32,000 nt of DNA from Candidatus Saccharimonadota bacterium (GTDB lineage Bacteria; Pseudomonadota; Gammaproteobacteria; Enterobacterales; Enterobacteriaceae): the NCBI GenBank assembly GCA_041941765.1, contig CP145869.1:372019-404018 (forward strand). The letters run 5' to 3'. Positions within the stretch are counted from its first letter, which is position 1. Every line of letters starts with the position of its first letter. The notes below the pieces were generated by a model. That model searched no databases. It saw nothing but the letters and a program-made list of their open reading frames with translations, and was not told the origin of the DNA. A program made the position numbers and the translations under genes. Shown piece by piece: positions 1 through 13,861 of this stretch.

Positions 1-10
1 CTTAGCTCCA
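1..10 (+). tRNA. 3' end fragment of a spacer tRNA (tRNA-Ala-like), truncated by the window edge
   Basis: CTTAGCTCCA is identical to the last 10 nt before CCA of the complete tRNA-Ala at 20593-20668. Its position just upstream of 23S fits a 16S-tRNA-23S spacer. Confidence 0.35.
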
Positions 11-64
11 TTATTTATTATTAATTAAAAGCTCTTTAAAAATAAAGACATTTGTGGGTTATGG

Positions 65-2988
<2,924 letters not shown>

Positions 2989-3019
2989 CATAACACCAGA
3001 AATGTTCTTTAATAAGAAA

Positions 3020-3140
3020 AACCAGACGGTTTAAGCGCGATAGTACCACCTGATACCATTCCGAACTCAGAAGTGAAATGTCGTAGCGCCTAGGGTAGTA
3101 CGAAAGTTTTTTCGTGTGAGAGCAGGTAACTGTCTGGTTT
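3020..3140 (+). rRNA. rrf: 5S ribosomal RNA
   Basis: Contains CCGAACTCAGAAGTGAAA and GTAGCGCC, and its terminal helix (AACCAGACGG / CTGTCTGGTT) pairs. It aligns end to end with E. coli 5S. Confidence 0.9.
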
Positions 3141-3168
3141 GTTTGTTATAATAAATAATCTAAAAAAA

Positions 3169-3242
3169 GGTGTGGTAGTTCAGTTTGGTTAGAATATCGG
3201 CCTGTCACACCATGGTTGCGGATTCAAATCCCATCTACATTG
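3169..3242 (+). tRNA. tRNA-Asp (anticodon GTC), structurally degraded; possibly a pseudogene
   Basis: Colinear with enterobacterial tRNA-Asp: D-arm GTAGTTCAGTTTGGTTAGAAT and anticodon loop CTGTCAC. The acceptor stem pairs, with three G:U pairs. The anticodon stem keeps only 2 Watson-Crick pairs and the T stem has 2 mismatches, including G53. CCA is not encoded. The 23S-5S-tRNA-Asp arrangement matches some E. coli rrn operons. Confidence 0.6.
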
Positions 3243-3263
3243 AACTGTACTTTATTTAAAAGA

Positions 3264-3728
3264 TTAATGGTTTTGTAAAGAATTAACAGCAGCTTGTAAT
3301 GCCAATATATAACTATTACTACCCAAACCACATATAATTCCCGATGCAATATCTGAAAAATAAGAATGATTACGAAAAATATCCCTTTTATATATATTAG
3401 ATAAATGCACCTCTATAAATGGGATTTGAACTCCTAATAACGCATCACGTAAACAAATACTAGTATGAGTTAATCCAGCTGGATTTATTATAATATAATC
3501 AACTGGATTATTTACAATTTCATGAATTTTGTGAATTAATTCATGTTCTGCATTAGACTGAAAATGTTCAAAATCTACATTTAATTGGTTAGCATATAAT
3601 AATAATTTATCTATTATTTCTGTTAAAGTTTCTTTTCCATATTTCTCCGGCTCACGTAAACCTAATAAATTAAGATTAGGACCATTAAGACAAAGAATAT
3701 GGAATTTTGATATATTTTTTTTATTCAT
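3264..3728 (-). CDS. aroQ: 3-dehydroquinate dehydratase, type II
   Basis: 154 aa. Carries the N-terminal family signature [21 protein letters not shown] and the downstream motifs [12 protein letters not shown] and IEVHLSNI. Confidence 0.93.
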   Translation of the reverse strand: MNKKNISKFHILCLNGPNLNLLGLREPEKYGKETLTEIIDKLLLYANQLNVDFEHFQSNAEHELIHKIHEIVNNPVDYIIINPAGLTHTSICLRDALLGVQIPFIEVHLSNIYKRDIFRNHSYFSDIASGIICGLGSNSYILALQAAVNSLQNH

Positions 3729-3731
3729 TCT

Positions 3732-4361
3732 TTACGAGATCTGCGGCATTGTTTTCACAAAATTATTTAAATAATACATCTGTACCCCATTTAAAAACAT
3801 TTGTGTTGCTAACATAACGAATATTAATCCCATTATACGTTCTAATGCATTCAAACCTTTTTCTCCTAATAATTTTACAAATATTCCAGAGGATAACAAA
3901 ACTACTCCATTTGCTATCCATGCAATTATTAATGCAATAATCATATAAATCATTTTAGATTCATATACATGGGATAACGTTATTATAGTTGCTAATAATG
4001 TTGGACCAGCTACTAAAGGCATAGCTAATGGTACCAAAAATGGTTCTTGACCTGGTGATGTAGAAGAATACATTCCTGTATCATTAGATGATGGAAAGAG
4101 CATTTTTAGAGCAATTAATAATAAAACGATTCCTCCACCCATTGATACAACTTCTGTTTTTAAGTCTAAAAAATGTAAAAATTTTTCTCCTAAAAATAAA
4201 AATAAAAACATAACAATTAGAGCAAGAATCATTTCACGTATTATTATTCTATATTGTGTATTTTTATCCCATGGTTTTAATATCACCATAAAAATTGGCA
4301 AATTTCCTAATGGATCCATAATTAGAAATAGTAAGATTGCAGTTGAAAGTATTTGGCTCAT
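3732..4361 (-). CDS. yhgN: MarC-family (UPF0056) integral membrane protein
   Basis: 209 aa and multi-TM, with LIMDPLGNLPIFM and LGEKGLNALERIMGLI motifs very close to E. coli YhgN. AGGAGG Shine-Dalgarno upstream. Sits next to glpD as in E. coli. Confidence 0.85.
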   Translation of the reverse strand: MSQILSTAILLFLIMDPLGNLPIFMVILKPWDKNTQYRIIIREMILALIVMFLFLFLGEKFLHFLDLKTEVVSMGGGIVLLLIALKMLFPSSNDTGMYSSTSPGQEPFLVPLAMPLVAGPTLLATIITLSHVYESKMIYMIIALIIAWIANGVVLLSSGIFVKLLGEKGLNALERIMGLIFVMLATQMFLNGVQMYYLNNFVKTMPQIS

Positions 4362-4473
4362 AATTTTATATCCTCCTCTGTTCCGATGGATTATTTGGAT
4401 TACACATAGGATAGATAGAGTATAATACTTACTATACTACTTGTTTCTATCCATTAGATTATATATAGATTAT

Positions 4474-5991
4474 CTATAATCTAATGAAAGAAGTATTTTT
4501 TCTATTAGTTGTCAACCATTCAGAAATACGTCTGATTTCTTTTTTATTAAGCCATAAAGCTAATTTGGTACGACGCCAAATTACATCTTGTACTTCATAT
4601 ACCCATTCTTTATCGACTAAATACTGTAATTCAGCTTCATATAAATTGTGACCAAAATATTCTCCTAAATCTGATAATTTATTTTTGGCTTTAAGAATAA
4701 GTTCACTATTACTACCATAAGTATATGCATACCTATGTGCAAGTGATTTATCAATAAAATTATAACGATTATATAAATCTTCTGCATAATTTTCTATTGT
4801 ACCTATAAAATCTCCTCCGGGAAGAATATTCTTAGTAGTCCATGGTGGTCTAGCAGAAGGATAATATTGAGATAACATATTTAAAGATTCCTCAGCTAAT
4901 TTACGATAAGTAGTAAGCTTTCCACCAAAAACAGATAACAACGGTGTACTACCATTCATATCATTAATATCTAGAGTATATTGACGTGTAATAGTTTGTG
5001 GTAAATTAGATTTATCATCATACAATGGACGTACTCCAGAATAAGACCAGATAATATCTTGTTTTACAAATTGTTTTTTAAAAAATTTATTACAAATCTC
5101 AAGTAAATACATAACTTCTTCATCAGAAATTCTTACTTTATGTGGATCATCATTATATTCTACTTCTGTAGTACCAATTAGAGAAAAGTGTTCCATCCAC
5201 GGAAGAACAAATACTACTCGATGATCTTCATTTTGTAATATATAAGCATATTTTTGTGAATGAATCTTAGGCAAAATAATATGACTACCTTTAATTAATC
5301 GTAATTTATAAATAGAATGAAGATGTAATACTTCATCAAAAACTATATTTACCCAAGGACCAGTAGCATTGACTAATCCTTTAGATATCCATGTAATTAA
5401 TTGACCATTATCAATATTTTTACCGGTTACATGCCATAATGCATTTTGACGTCGAGCTTCAATTACGCGACAACGTGTACGTATTTCACTTCCTTGTTTA
5501 AGAACTTCTTGTGCGTTTAAGACAACTAAACGAGCATCATCTACCCAACAATCAGAATATTCAAATCCACGTAAAAAAGTCGATTTTAATATAGAATCCT
5601 CTTCTGAAAAGCGTATACTTTTACTAGAAGGTAAAGTAACACGTTGCTTTAAATGGTCATATATAAATAATCCAATACGAATTATCCAAGCTGGACGCAA
5701 ATACGGACAATGTGGCATCCTAAAACGCATAGGTATAATAATATGAGGAGCACTTTTTAAAAGTATTTCACGTTCAGCTAGTGCATCTCTAACTAGACTA
5801 AATTCATAATTTTCTAGATAACGTAATCCACCATGAATTAATTTAGAACTAGCTGAAGATGTAGCACAACCCAAATCATTAGCTTCTAACATCAAAACAG
5901 ATAAACCTCGACCCGCAGCATCAGCTGCAATTCCAGCTCCATTAATTCCACCACCAATCACAATTAAATCTTTTAATTTATCGATTTCCAT
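4474..5991 (-). CDS. glpD: aerobic glycerol-3-phosphate dehydrogenase (FAD)
   Basis: 505 aa. FAD-binding N-terminus DLIVIGGGINGAGIAADAAGRGL, and full-length colinearity with GlpD. Confidence 0.95.
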   Translation of the reverse strand: MEIDKLKDLIVIGGGINGAGIAADAAGRGLSVLMLEANDLGCATSSASSKLIHGGLRYLENYEFSLVRDALAEREILLKSAPHIIIPMRFRMPHCPYLRPAWIIRIGLFIYDHLKQRVTLPSSKSIRFSEEDSILKSTFLRGFEYSDCWVDDARLVVLNAQEVLKQGSEIRTRCRVIEARRQNALWHVTGKNIDNGQLITWISKGLVNATGPWVNIVFDEVLHLHSIYKLRLIKGSHIILPKIHSQKYAYILQNEDHRVVFVLPWMEHFSLIGTTEVEYNDDPHKVRISDEEVMYLLEICNKFFKKQFVKQDIIWSYSGVRPLYDDKSNLPQTITRQYTLDINDMNGSTPLLSVFGGKLTTYRKLAEESLNMLSQYYPSARPPWTTKNILPGGDFIGTIENYAEDLYNRYNFIDKSLAHRYAYTYGSNSELILKAKNKLSDLGEYFGHNLYEAELQYLVDKEWVYEVQDVIWRRTKLALWLNKKEIRRISEWLTTNRKNTSFIRL

Positions 5992-6056
5992 ATCATAATC
6001 CTATGTTTTTTGGATATTTCCTAAAATTAAATTGATTGAGTATATTTTTTAGATCA

Positions 6057-6641
6057 TTATAAATATGAATGTACACTATGTTGATGTTCAGTTATATCAT
6101 ATACTCCTATAATTTCTTCTGGAAAAAAATTTAATAATTCTTTTTCAAGATATTCTTTAAGAGTTAAATTTACCATTGAACAACCATTGCAACCTCCACT
6201 AAATTTTAAAATAGCATAACCTTCAGTTGTAATGTTTATAAGGTGAACAGAACCACCATGAGTAGCAAGTTGTGGATTAATTTTTTGTTGCAAGAAATCT
6301 TCTACACGTTCTTTTAATGATAAATTCTCTTTGGTTAATTTTTTATTAATATTAGGTGCATTTAACATTAATTGTGATCCTAATTCATCAGTAATTAAAT
6401 CTATTTCAGCATTTTCTAACCAAGGAGCACTTTGTAGATCAATATAAACGTCAAAATGATCATATTTGAATTTAATATCAGTTGAAGATATTGTATGTTT
6501 TGGACAATACGAGATTCCACATTCCGCCTGATAGCTACCAGGATTCATAACAAAAATACGAATTTGTGTACCATCCTCTTGATCTTGCAATAACTTTTTA
6601 AAATGTTGTTGTGCTAGAACTGTAATATTAATATTGATCAT
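6057..6641 (-). CDS. nfuA: Fe/S cluster biogenesis protein NfuA
   Basis: 194 aa. Degenerate A-type N-domain plus a Nfu C-domain with the GGCNGCSM motif. Ends HSYL, like E. coli HSYY. Confidence 0.93.
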   Translation of the reverse strand: MININITVLAQQHFKKLLQDQEDGTQIRIFVMNPGSYQAECGISYCPKHTISSTDIKFKYDHFDVYIDLQSAPWLENAEIDLITDELGSQLMLNAPNINKKLTKENLSLKERVEDFLQQKINPQLATHGGSVHLINITTEGYAILKFSGGCNGCSMVNLTLKEYLEKELLNFFPEEIIGVYDITEHQHSVHSYL

Positions 6642-6664
6642 AGATTTTATCTTTAACTAAATTT

Positions 6665-6910
6665 TTACAATAATTGGTATATTATACTATAACAAGGTTT
6701 TTTTTGAGAACAACTTTTTGTATCACATGTGATTAAACAATAATTTTTTCTTGGTTGCACTGGTATTTTAGTTATTTTTCTCATTATAACTAATCTCTCT
6801 AATATAGCCTCCATTAAGGGTAATCGACATGATAATTGCAAACTAAGTTGGTATGCATCAGCACGACCTAATAAAGCAAGTTGATTATATACATCAATCA
6901 CACTAACCAT
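6665..6910 (-). CDS. feoC: ferrous iron transport protein C
   Basis: 81 aa. Winged-helix-like N-terminus and a Cys-rich C-terminal segment (CLITCDTKSCSQKKPC). Lies directly downstream of feoB. Confidence 0.8.
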   Translation of the reverse strand: MVSVIDVYNQLALLGRADAYQLSLQLSCRLPLMEAILERLVIMRKITKIPVQPRKNYCLITCDTKSCSQKKPCYSIIYQLL

Positions 6911-6928
6911 AAGAGATAGTATCCTCTA

Positions 6929-9217
6929 TTAATAATTAGCTTCGTAAAAATTATAATACTTAGTAATATAACGTAGTAAAAAAATAATAACTAAATTTAT
7001 TAGTAATATTACCATAATGATAATTGAACTATAAAAATAATGTTTAGTAAATGTGGCAATCTGATAAAATAAAGTTGCTAAAGACCACGCTAAATTTAAT
7101 GCCCAAAATATAGAGAAGAACATCCAGCCACGATTTGTCTCACGTGAAATAGCACCTAAAACTGATGCACAAGGCACATAAAGAAGTACAAAGATCAAAT
7201 AACTATAAGCTGCTTTGTTACTCTTAAATTTATTATTCATTACACCAATAGCACTATAACTCAAATGTTCATCACTTTGACTAGCTTTAATAGGATTATA
7301 AAATGCTTTGAAAGAAAAAATTGTTATCAATTGTTGAATAGTTTGAGATAATGCTTGCAGTAATTCAGTACGAAAATTAAATGTAGCCGGTTCAAAATCG
7401 TTTTTTAAAATACTTTCAGAAGTATAAAGAGTATTTAAGGTACTTATTATTACTTCTTTTGCAATAGTTCCAGCTAATAATCCTACAATAGCTTGCCAAT
7501 TCTCATTACTAATTCCCATAGGAATTAATAATGGTGTTATTTTATGACTAACTGTTGCTAATGCTGATTCATGAACATTTTTTACTAATTTTCCATCAAA
7601 AGAAAAGCTATTTAAAGCACTTACAATTAGACTAGCAATAATAATTACTTTACCAGCTTTATATAAAAAATCTTTCAAACGTTGCCAAGTTTGTATTAAA
7701 ATAGTTTGGGTATGAGGTAAATGATAACTTGGTAATTCCATAACAAATGGAAATGCTTCTCCCTGTATAATAGTATATTTTAATATTATTCCAGTTAAAA
7801 TAGCAGCTAAGATACCTAATATATAAAGGCTAAAAATCACTAATGTTCCACCATTTTTTCCAAAAAAGGCCGAGCCAAATACAGTAAAAATAGTTAATCT
7901 CGCACTACAAGAAATAAATGGTACCATCATAATAGTAATAATTCTTTCTCGTGAGGTATTAAGAGTACGAGTACTCATTACTGAAGGAACGTTACATCCA
8001 AAACCGATAAGAAGAGGTATAAAGGATTTTCCAGGAAGACCTAATATTTGCATTACTCGATCCATAATAAATGCGGCTCTTGCCATATAACCTGATTCTT
8101 CTATAACACTAATAAATAAATACATAAAAGTAATCTGCGGAATAAGAGGTAAAATAGTATTAATTCCTCCACCTATGCCTTGGGCTATAAAAAAAGTAAG
8201 TTCAGAAGGACAATGAAATATATATCCTAACCACTGTATTCCATGAATAAATAATGCAGTTGATCCAATATCAAATAATGGTTGTAACGAACCTCCTACA
8301 TTAATTGAGAAAAAAAACATAAAGTATACTACAAATAAGAAAATTGGCATGCCTAACCATTTATTTAGTACAATATTATCAATTTTCTGCGATAAAGATG
8401 AAGTAGTTTGAGGATAAGTTTTTTGACTCAAAGTAGTAATTTTATCTATGACTTGATAACGAGAATTCACAATTAATAAAGTAGCATCATTTTTATTTTT
8501 CTTTAATTCTTGCTGAATAGTTGGTAGAATTTGTGATATTTGGGGCCAATTTTCAATCAGACTAGAATCACCTTCTAATATTTGTATAGCTAACCATTTA
8601 CGTCGTTGATAAGTATAATTTAATGGTATTAATTTAATTAACTTTTTAATATATAGTGATATTATTTCAGGCCAATTAATATAAAATGATGCAGAAGTAA
8701 GAGGATGACGATCAATCTCCTTTTTTAATTGATTAAGACCTTTACCTAAATTAGAAATTATTGGTACAACAGGACAACCTAACAATTTAGATAAGATTTG
8801 AATATCTATTACTAAATTTTTTTCTTTTTTTGCTATATCTAGCATATTGAGTGCTATTATACATGGAATCCCTAGTTCTAATATTTGTAATGTTAAATAA
8901 AGATTATGTTCCATGTTGCTAGCATCAATTACATTAATAATAATATCTACATGATTAGACATTATATACTGACTAACTATTTGCTCATCTAGTGATGTAT
9001 GAGAAGAGACGGCTGTTAAAGAGTATGTTCCAGGTAAATCAACTATACAAATATCATAAAAGGATGTAGAGAACTTTCCTTCTTTGCGTTCTACTGTCAC
9101 ACCCGACCAATTACCAACCCGTTGATGAGATCCAGTTAGTTGATTAAAAAGAGTTGTTTTGCCAGAATTGGGATTTCCTACTAGTCCTATAGTAAGAGAA
9201 GATTTCATTTTATACAT
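6929..9217 (-). CDS. feoB: ferrous iron transporter FeoB (GTPase plus permease)
   Basis: 762 aa. G1 motif GNPNSGKTTLFNQLTG followed by a polytopic membrane domain. An alternative start at 9208 gives an ATGA overlap with the feoA stop and a better N-terminal alignment to E. coli FeoB. Confidence 0.95.
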   Translation of the reverse strand: MYKMKSSLTIGLVGNPNSGKTTLFNQLTGSHQRVGNWSGVTVERKEGKFSTSFYDICIVDLPGTYSLTAVSSHTSLDEQIVSQYIMSNHVDIIINVIDASNMEHNLYLTLQILELGIPCIIALNMLDIAKKEKNLVIDIQILSKLLGCPVVPIISNLGKGLNQLKKEIDRHPLTSASFYINWPEIISLYIKKLIKLIPLNYTYQRRKWLAIQILEGDSSLIENWPQISQILPTIQQELKKNKNDATLLIVNSRYQVIDKITTLSQKTYPQTTSSLSQKIDNIVLNKWLGMPIFLFVVYFMFFFSINVGGSLQPLFDIGSTALFIHGIQWLGYIFHCPSELTFFIAQGIGGGINTILPLIPQITFMYLFISVIEESGYMARAAFIMDRVMQILGLPGKSFIPLLIGFGCNVPSVMSTRTLNTSRERIITIMMVPFISCSARLTIFTVFGSAFFGKNGGTLVIFSLYILGILAAILTGIILKYTIIQGEAFPFVMELPSYHLPHTQTILIQTWQRLKDFLYKAGKVIIIASLIVSALNSFSFDGKLVKNVHESALATVSHKITPLLIPMGISNENWQAIVGLLAGTIAKEVIISTLNTLYTSESILKNDFEPATFNFRTELLQALSQTIQQLITIFSFKAFYNPIKASQSDEHLSYSAIGVMNNKFKSNKAAYSYLIFVLLYVPCASVLGAISRETNRGWMFFSIFWALNLAWSLATLFYQIATFTKHYFYSSIIIMVILLINLVIIFLLRYITKYYNFYEANY

Positions 9218-9435
9218 TCCAGCTGAAAGTAAGCTAAATCTTTTTTACGTAATAAAAGAGTAAGATGACGTGTCTTAATTTGTATTGGATCTCCTAATGG
9301 AGCTATACGTATAATAGTAAAAAGCTCGCCAGGCAACATACCCAGGGTAAGTAATCTATGACGATAAAAAACGCTAGCTTCGTTGGAAAAACCAACAAGT
9401 TTATAAATTTGATGTGGAACGAATTGTATATTCAT
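9205..9435 (-). CDS. feoA: ferrous iron transport protein A
   Basis: 76 aa SH3-like FeoA (LGMLPGELFTIIRIAPLGDPIQI), immediately upstream of and overlapping feoB. Confidence 0.88.
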   Translation of the reverse strand: MNIQFVPHQIYKLVGFSNEASVFYRHRLLTLGMLPGELFTIIRIAPLGDPIQIKTRHLTLLLRKKDLAYFQLECIK

Positions 9436-9503
9436 ATTTATTTTTAAATAAAGTATCTAAATGAAAAATTTTAACATATTAAAGGTAATAATTCTTGCAA
9501 TCT

Positions 9504-11123
9504 TTATAATGGTAAAATAGGACCAGAATTAATTAAATTTAAACCTACAGTGGTATTAGTGTATTGATCAAAATTTTTAATAAATTTCTTTGCTAATTTT
9601 ATAGCTTGTTTGTGCCATAAATTGGAATTAGGAAAAGATATTCTAGGATCTAGAATGTTTGTCTCAATACCAGGTAATAACAGTGGTACAGAAAGATTAA
9701 ATATAGGTAAAGAAAAAGTTTCGACAGAACTAAAAATATCATTAAAAATTAAATTAATAATACGACGAGTATCTTTAATAGATATACGATTTCCTCTACC
9801 ATTCCATCCGGTATTAACCAGAAAGGTTTCTGCATGAAAAGCCTGTATATATTTTAATAAAACGGTTGCATAATAAAGTGGATGTAACATTAAAAAGGCT
9901 GCTCCAAAACACGCAGAAAAGGTTGGAATCGGTTTTTTAATACCTCTTTCAGTACCGCTGATTTTAGCAGTAAATCCCGATAAAAAATAATATTGGGTTT
10001 GTTCATAGGTTAATTTAGAAACTGGTGGAAAAACTCCAAAAGCATCTGCAGTTAAAAAAATGATTTTTTTAGCATGTCCGGCTTTAGATATTGGTTTAAC
10101 AATATTTGTTATATGATTAATTGGATATGAAACACGACCATTTTCTGTTTTACTACAATCATTAAAATCGACTGACCCATCTTTATGTACCATAACATTT
10201 TCTAATAATGCATTTCGACGTATAGCCGAAAAAATCTCCGGTTCTTGTTCTTTTGAAAGGTTAAGAGTTTTAGCATAACATCCCCCTTCTAAGTTAAATA
10301 TTCCATCATCATTCCATCCATGCTCATCATCTCCTATTAATTGGCGTTGCGGATCAGCAGAAAGTGTAGTTTTACCAGTTCCAGATAATCCAAAAAAAAT
10401 AGCTACATCACCCTTTTTTCCTACATTAGCTGAACAGTGCATTGAAGCAATACCCTTCAAGGGAAGTAAGTAATTCATAATAGAGAAAATTCCCTTTTTC
10501 ATTTCTCCTCCATACCAAGTACCACCAATAAGTTGTAGATTTTCTTTAAGATTAAAAGCTATAAAATTTTTGGAATGTAAACCGTGTTGTTTCCACTGTG
10601 GATTAGTACATTTTGATGCATTCATAACTATAAAATCCGGTTTAAACCATTTTAACTCGGTATCAATAGGTCGAATAAACATATTTGTTACAAAATGTGC
10701 TTGCCATGCAACTTCCGTTAAAAAACGGACTGCTAAACGGTTTTTTGGATCCGCGCCACACCAAGCGTCAATCACAAATAATCTTTTACCTGAAAGGTGT
10801 TGAGTAACTATAGATTTAAGATCTAACCAAATATCATGAGATATAGGATGGTTGTCACTATTTCCTTGATCTGACCACCAGAGATGATTAGTGGTTTCGT
10901 CACGAACAATATATTTATCTTGTGGAGATCTGCCGGTAAAAATACCAGTATCTACAGCAATAGTATCGAATTGTGTTAAAATTCCACGTTCTAGACCAAT
11001 TAAATTTGGTTGAGTTTCTTCCATGTATAAAGTGGCATAATCGGGATTATAAATAATTTCAATTATATTGATAATATTATAACTAATTAAATCTTGTTTT
11101 ATTGAATACATGTAATTTTTCAT
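9504..11123 (-). CDS. pckA: phosphoenolpyruvate carboxykinase (ATP)
   Basis: 539 aa. Kinase-1a [11 protein letters not shown], plus IGDDEHGW and YFLSGFTAK motifs. Colinear with E. coli PckA over the full length. Confidence 0.96.
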   Translation of the reverse strand: MKNYMYSIKQDLISYNIINIIEIIYNPDYATLYMEETQPNLIGLERGILTQFDTIAVDTGIFTGRSPQDKYIVRDETTNHLWWSDQGNSDNHPISHDIWLDLKSIVTQHLSGKRLFVIDAWCGADPKNRLAVRFLTEVAWQAHFVTNMFIRPIDTELKWFKPDFIVMNASKCTNPQWKQHGLHSKNFIAFNLKENLQLIGGTWYGGEMKKGIFSIMNYLLPLKGIASMHCSANVGKKGDVAIFFGLSGTGKTTLSADPQRQLIGDDEHGWNDDGIFNLEGGCYAKTLNLSKEQEPEIFSAIRRNALLENVMVHKDGSVDFNDCSKTENGRVSYPINHITNIVKPISKAGHAKKIIFLTADAFGVFPPVSKLTYEQTQYYFLSGFTAKISGTERGIKKPIPTFSACFGAAFLMLHPLYYATVLLKYIQAFHAETFLVNTGWNGRGNRISIKDTRRIINLIFNDIFSSVETFSLPIFNLSVPLLLPGIETNILDPRISFPNSNLWHKQAIKLAKKFIKNFDQYTNTTVGLNLINSGPILPL

Positions 11124-11440
11124 CCTGTTCTACTAAAAGTAGTAATTTTTACTTACTAAGTTAAGTTGTTGTAATCAATAATTAACACTATTAAATACAA
11201 ATTACAAATAAATGATAGAATATGATTTATAATTTTATTAATCTGAAAAAATAAAATATTTCTTCATAGTAAATTTATTATTTGCTTAAATAAGAGAAAG
11301 AATTACTATATCATATTCAATAAGAAAAGTATTTGTAGTAAAGATAAAGAATGAGTATTTTACTTATATTATGGAAAAGTATTATTTTTGACTTTACTAT
11401 TCAATTCATAAAGTATCAATTTAAACACTAACGAAAAAAA

Positions 11441-11968
11441 ATGGTAGAAAAACGCAATATCTTTTTAATTGGACCAATGGGAGCTGGAAAAAGTACTATT
11501 GGACGACAATTAGCTCAAGAAATTAATATCCAATTTTTTGATTCTGATCAAGAAATTGAACGACGTACGGGCGCAGATATCAGTTGGGTATTTGATGTAG
11601 AAGGTGAAGAAGGTTTTCGTATACGTGAAGCAAAAATTATTTATGAACTTACTGAAAAACAAGGTATTGTTTTAGCTACAGGAGGTGGATCTGTAAAATC
11701 ACGTGAAATACGTAATCGCTTATCTGCTAGAGGTGTAGTGGTATATCTTAAAACAACAGTAGAAAACCAATTATCACGTACTCAACGTGATAAAAAACGT
11801 CCTTTGTTGTTAGGAACAAATTATCCACCCGTTAAAATATTACAAGAACTAGCCTTAGAACGTAATCCTTTATACGAAGAAATAGCAGATCTTACAATTT
11901 GTACTGATAATCAAAACGCTAAAGTGGTTGCAAATAAAATTAGGTTAATGCTGAAAAACATTCCTTAA
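11441..11968 (+). CDS. aroK: shikimate kinase I
   Basis: 175 aa. P-loop [15 protein letters not shown] and an ATGGG motif. Followed by aroB as in E. coli. Confidence 0.94.
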   Translation: MVEKRNIFLIGPMGAGKSTIGRQLAQEINIQFFDSDQEIERRTGADISWVFDVEGEEGFRIREAKIIYELTEKQGIVLATGGGSVKSREIRNRLSARGVVVYLKTTVENQLSRTQRDKKRPLLLGTNYPPVKILQELALERNPLYEEIADLTICTDNQNAKVVANKIRLMLKNIP

Positions 11969-12017
11969 TAAAAAATAATACCCACAAAATTAAGAAAAAA
12001 AAAGGTACTTTGCTACA

Positions 12018-13109
12018 ATGGAAAGGATTAGAGTAAAATTAAACGAACATAGTTATCCTATTACTATTGCGGCCGGATTATTAAAAAAATCTACTTCTTT
12101 TTTGCCATTAAAGGCTGGAGAAACGGCTATGATAATTACTAATCAAACAATAGCTGCTCTTTATCTGAAAAAATTAGTAAAAATGTTAAAAACTGCTGGA
12201 ATTATTATTGATTATATTATTCTCCCTGATGGAGAAAAATATAAAAATTTTTCCTCATTAAATAAATTATATACTACTCTAATAGAAAAATTACATGGCC
12301 GTGATACAACTTTAATTGCGTTAGGAGGTGGCGTGATTGGAGATATTACAGGTTTTGCAGCTGCAAGTTATCATCGAGGAGTTCGTTTAATTCAGGTCCC
12401 CACTACATTACTTGCACAGGTAGATTCTTCCGTCGGTGGAAAAACAGCTATTAATCATCCTTTAGCAAAAAATATGATTGGAGCTTTTTATCAACCTGTA
12501 TCAGTTATTATAGATGTTCATTGTTTAAACACTTTACCAAAACGACAATTAGTTTGTGGAATAGCAGAAGTAATAAAATATGGAATTGCCTTAGATAGGA
12601 GTTTTTTTGAGTGGTTAGAGAAGAACATTGATAATTTACTTTCTCTTGAACCAAATACTATTTTAAGATGTATACGTTATTGTTGTGAATTAAAAGCTAA
12701 TGTAGTAACTACTGATGAACGAGAAGGTAATGTACGAACCTTATTAAATTTAGGTCATACTTATGGTCACGCTATTGAAACTGAAATGGGTTATGGTAAT
12801 TGGCTTCATGGCGAAGCGGTTGCAGTTGGTTTAGTATTAGCTTCTCGTACTGCAGAAAGTATGGGAAAATTAAATAAGTGTGAAACTAACCGTATAATTA
12901 AATTATTACAATTGTGTAAATTACCAGTATGTGTTCCATCTGATTTAAAACCCAAAAATCTTTTAGCACATATGTTGCATGATAAAAAAGTATTAGGTGG
13001 AAAATTGCGATTAATTTTACCTTTAGGATTAGGAAAATCTGAAATTTGTAGTCATATTTCAGAAGACATAATTCTTTCTATTATTAAAAATAATATGAGT
13101 TTTAAATAA
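12018..13109 (+). CDS. aroB: 3-dehydroquinate synthase
   Basis: 363 aa. Contains [14 protein letters not shown], the VDSSVGGKT motif and [12 protein letters not shown] metal ligands. Confidence 0.95.
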   Translation: MERIRVKLNEHSYPITIAAGLLKKSTSFLPLKAGETAMIITNQTIAALYLKKLVKMLKTAGIIIDYIILPDGEKYKNFSSLNKLYTTLIEKLHGRDTTLIALGGGVIGDITGFAAASYHRGVRLIQVPTTLLAQVDSSVGGKTAINHPLAKNMIGAFYQPVSVIIDVHCLNTLPKRQLVCGIAEVIKYGIALDRSFFEWLEKNIDNLLSLEPNTILRCIRYCCELKANVVTTDEREGNVRTLLNLGHTYGHAIETEMGYGNWLHGEAVAVGLVLASRTAESMGKLNKCETNRIIKLLQLCKLPVCVPSDLKPKNLLAHMLHDKKVLGGKLRLILPLGLGKSEICSHISEDIILSIIKNNMSFK

Positions 13110-13115
13110 AAATCA

Positions 13116-13808
13116 ATGAAACAATTTTTACTAGCATCTTCAATTCTATCCGCTAATTTTGCTAAATTAGGCGATGAAATTACTAAAGTATTATCAGCAG
13201 GTGTTAATATTATACATTTAGATGTAATGGATAATCATTATGTTCCTAATTTAACTATAGGGCCAATAATATTAAACTCACTTATAGAATATGGCGGCTT
13301 AAATGCCTCTTTATTTGAGGTTCATTTAATGGTGAAACCGATTAATTCTCTAATCAAAGAATTTGCTAAACTAGGTGTTAGTATTATCTCTTTTCATCCT
13401 GAAACTTCAGAACATATTGATAACTCTCTAGATCTCATTAAAGAATATGGATGTAAAGCAGGTTTAGTATTAAATCCTAATACTCCAATTAGTTCAATTG
13501 AAAAATTTATTCATAAAATTGATGTAATTTTATTAATGTCTGTCAAACCTGGTTTTGGTGGACAATCTTTTATTCCTAGCACATTATTAAAGATAAGACA
13601 AATGCGTCATATTATTGATTATAATGGTTATAATATTCATTTAGAAATAGATGGAGGAATTAAAATCAATAATATTTACGAAATTGCTCGAGCCGGCGCA
13701 GATATCTTTGTAATAGGTTCAGCTATATTTAATCAATCCGAATCCGATTATAAGCAAGTGATAAATTCTATACATAATGAATTTAAAAAATGTAATGATT
13801 TTCAATAA
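13116..13808 (+). CDS. rpe: ribulose-phosphate 3-epimerase
   Basis: 230 aa. Contains [31 protein letters not shown] and EIDGGI motifs. Confidence 0.95.
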   Translation: MKQFLLASSILSANFAKLGDEITKVLSAGVNIIHLDVMDNHYVPNLTIGPIILNSLIEYGGLNASLFEVHLMVKPINSLIKEFAKLGVSIISFHPETSEHIDNSLDLIKEYGCKAGLVLNPNTPISSIEKFIHKIDVILLMSVKPGFGGQSFIPSTLLKIRQMRHIIDYNGYNIHLEIDGGIKINNIYEIARAGADIFVIGSAIFNQSESDYKQVINSIHNEFKKCNDFQ

Positions 13809-13861
13809 GGTTTATTTTGTAATAAGTATAAGTATTTATCATTTATTTTTAATATTTAATA

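Noticed and set aside
4409-4452. Nested hairpin between glpD and yhgN (GGATAGA...TCTATCC enclosing AGTATA...TATACT)
   Set aside because: On the transcribed (minus) strand it is not followed by a U tract, the stems are short and AT-rich, and its function is unclear. It may be a weak processing or terminator element but is not supportable.
9610-10803. Plus-strand ORFs 9610-9837 and 10570-10803
   Set aside because: They are antisense to the well-supported pckA, with no Shine-Dalgarno and no recognisable motifs.
11324-11383. 10-nt direct repeat GAAAAGTATT (11324-11333 and 11374-11383) in the pckA/aroK divergent spacer
   Set aside because: My rough estimate is that a single 10-mer repeat in a 317-nt spacer of this AT bias is about as likely as not by chance, and there is no further periodicity or inverted partner.
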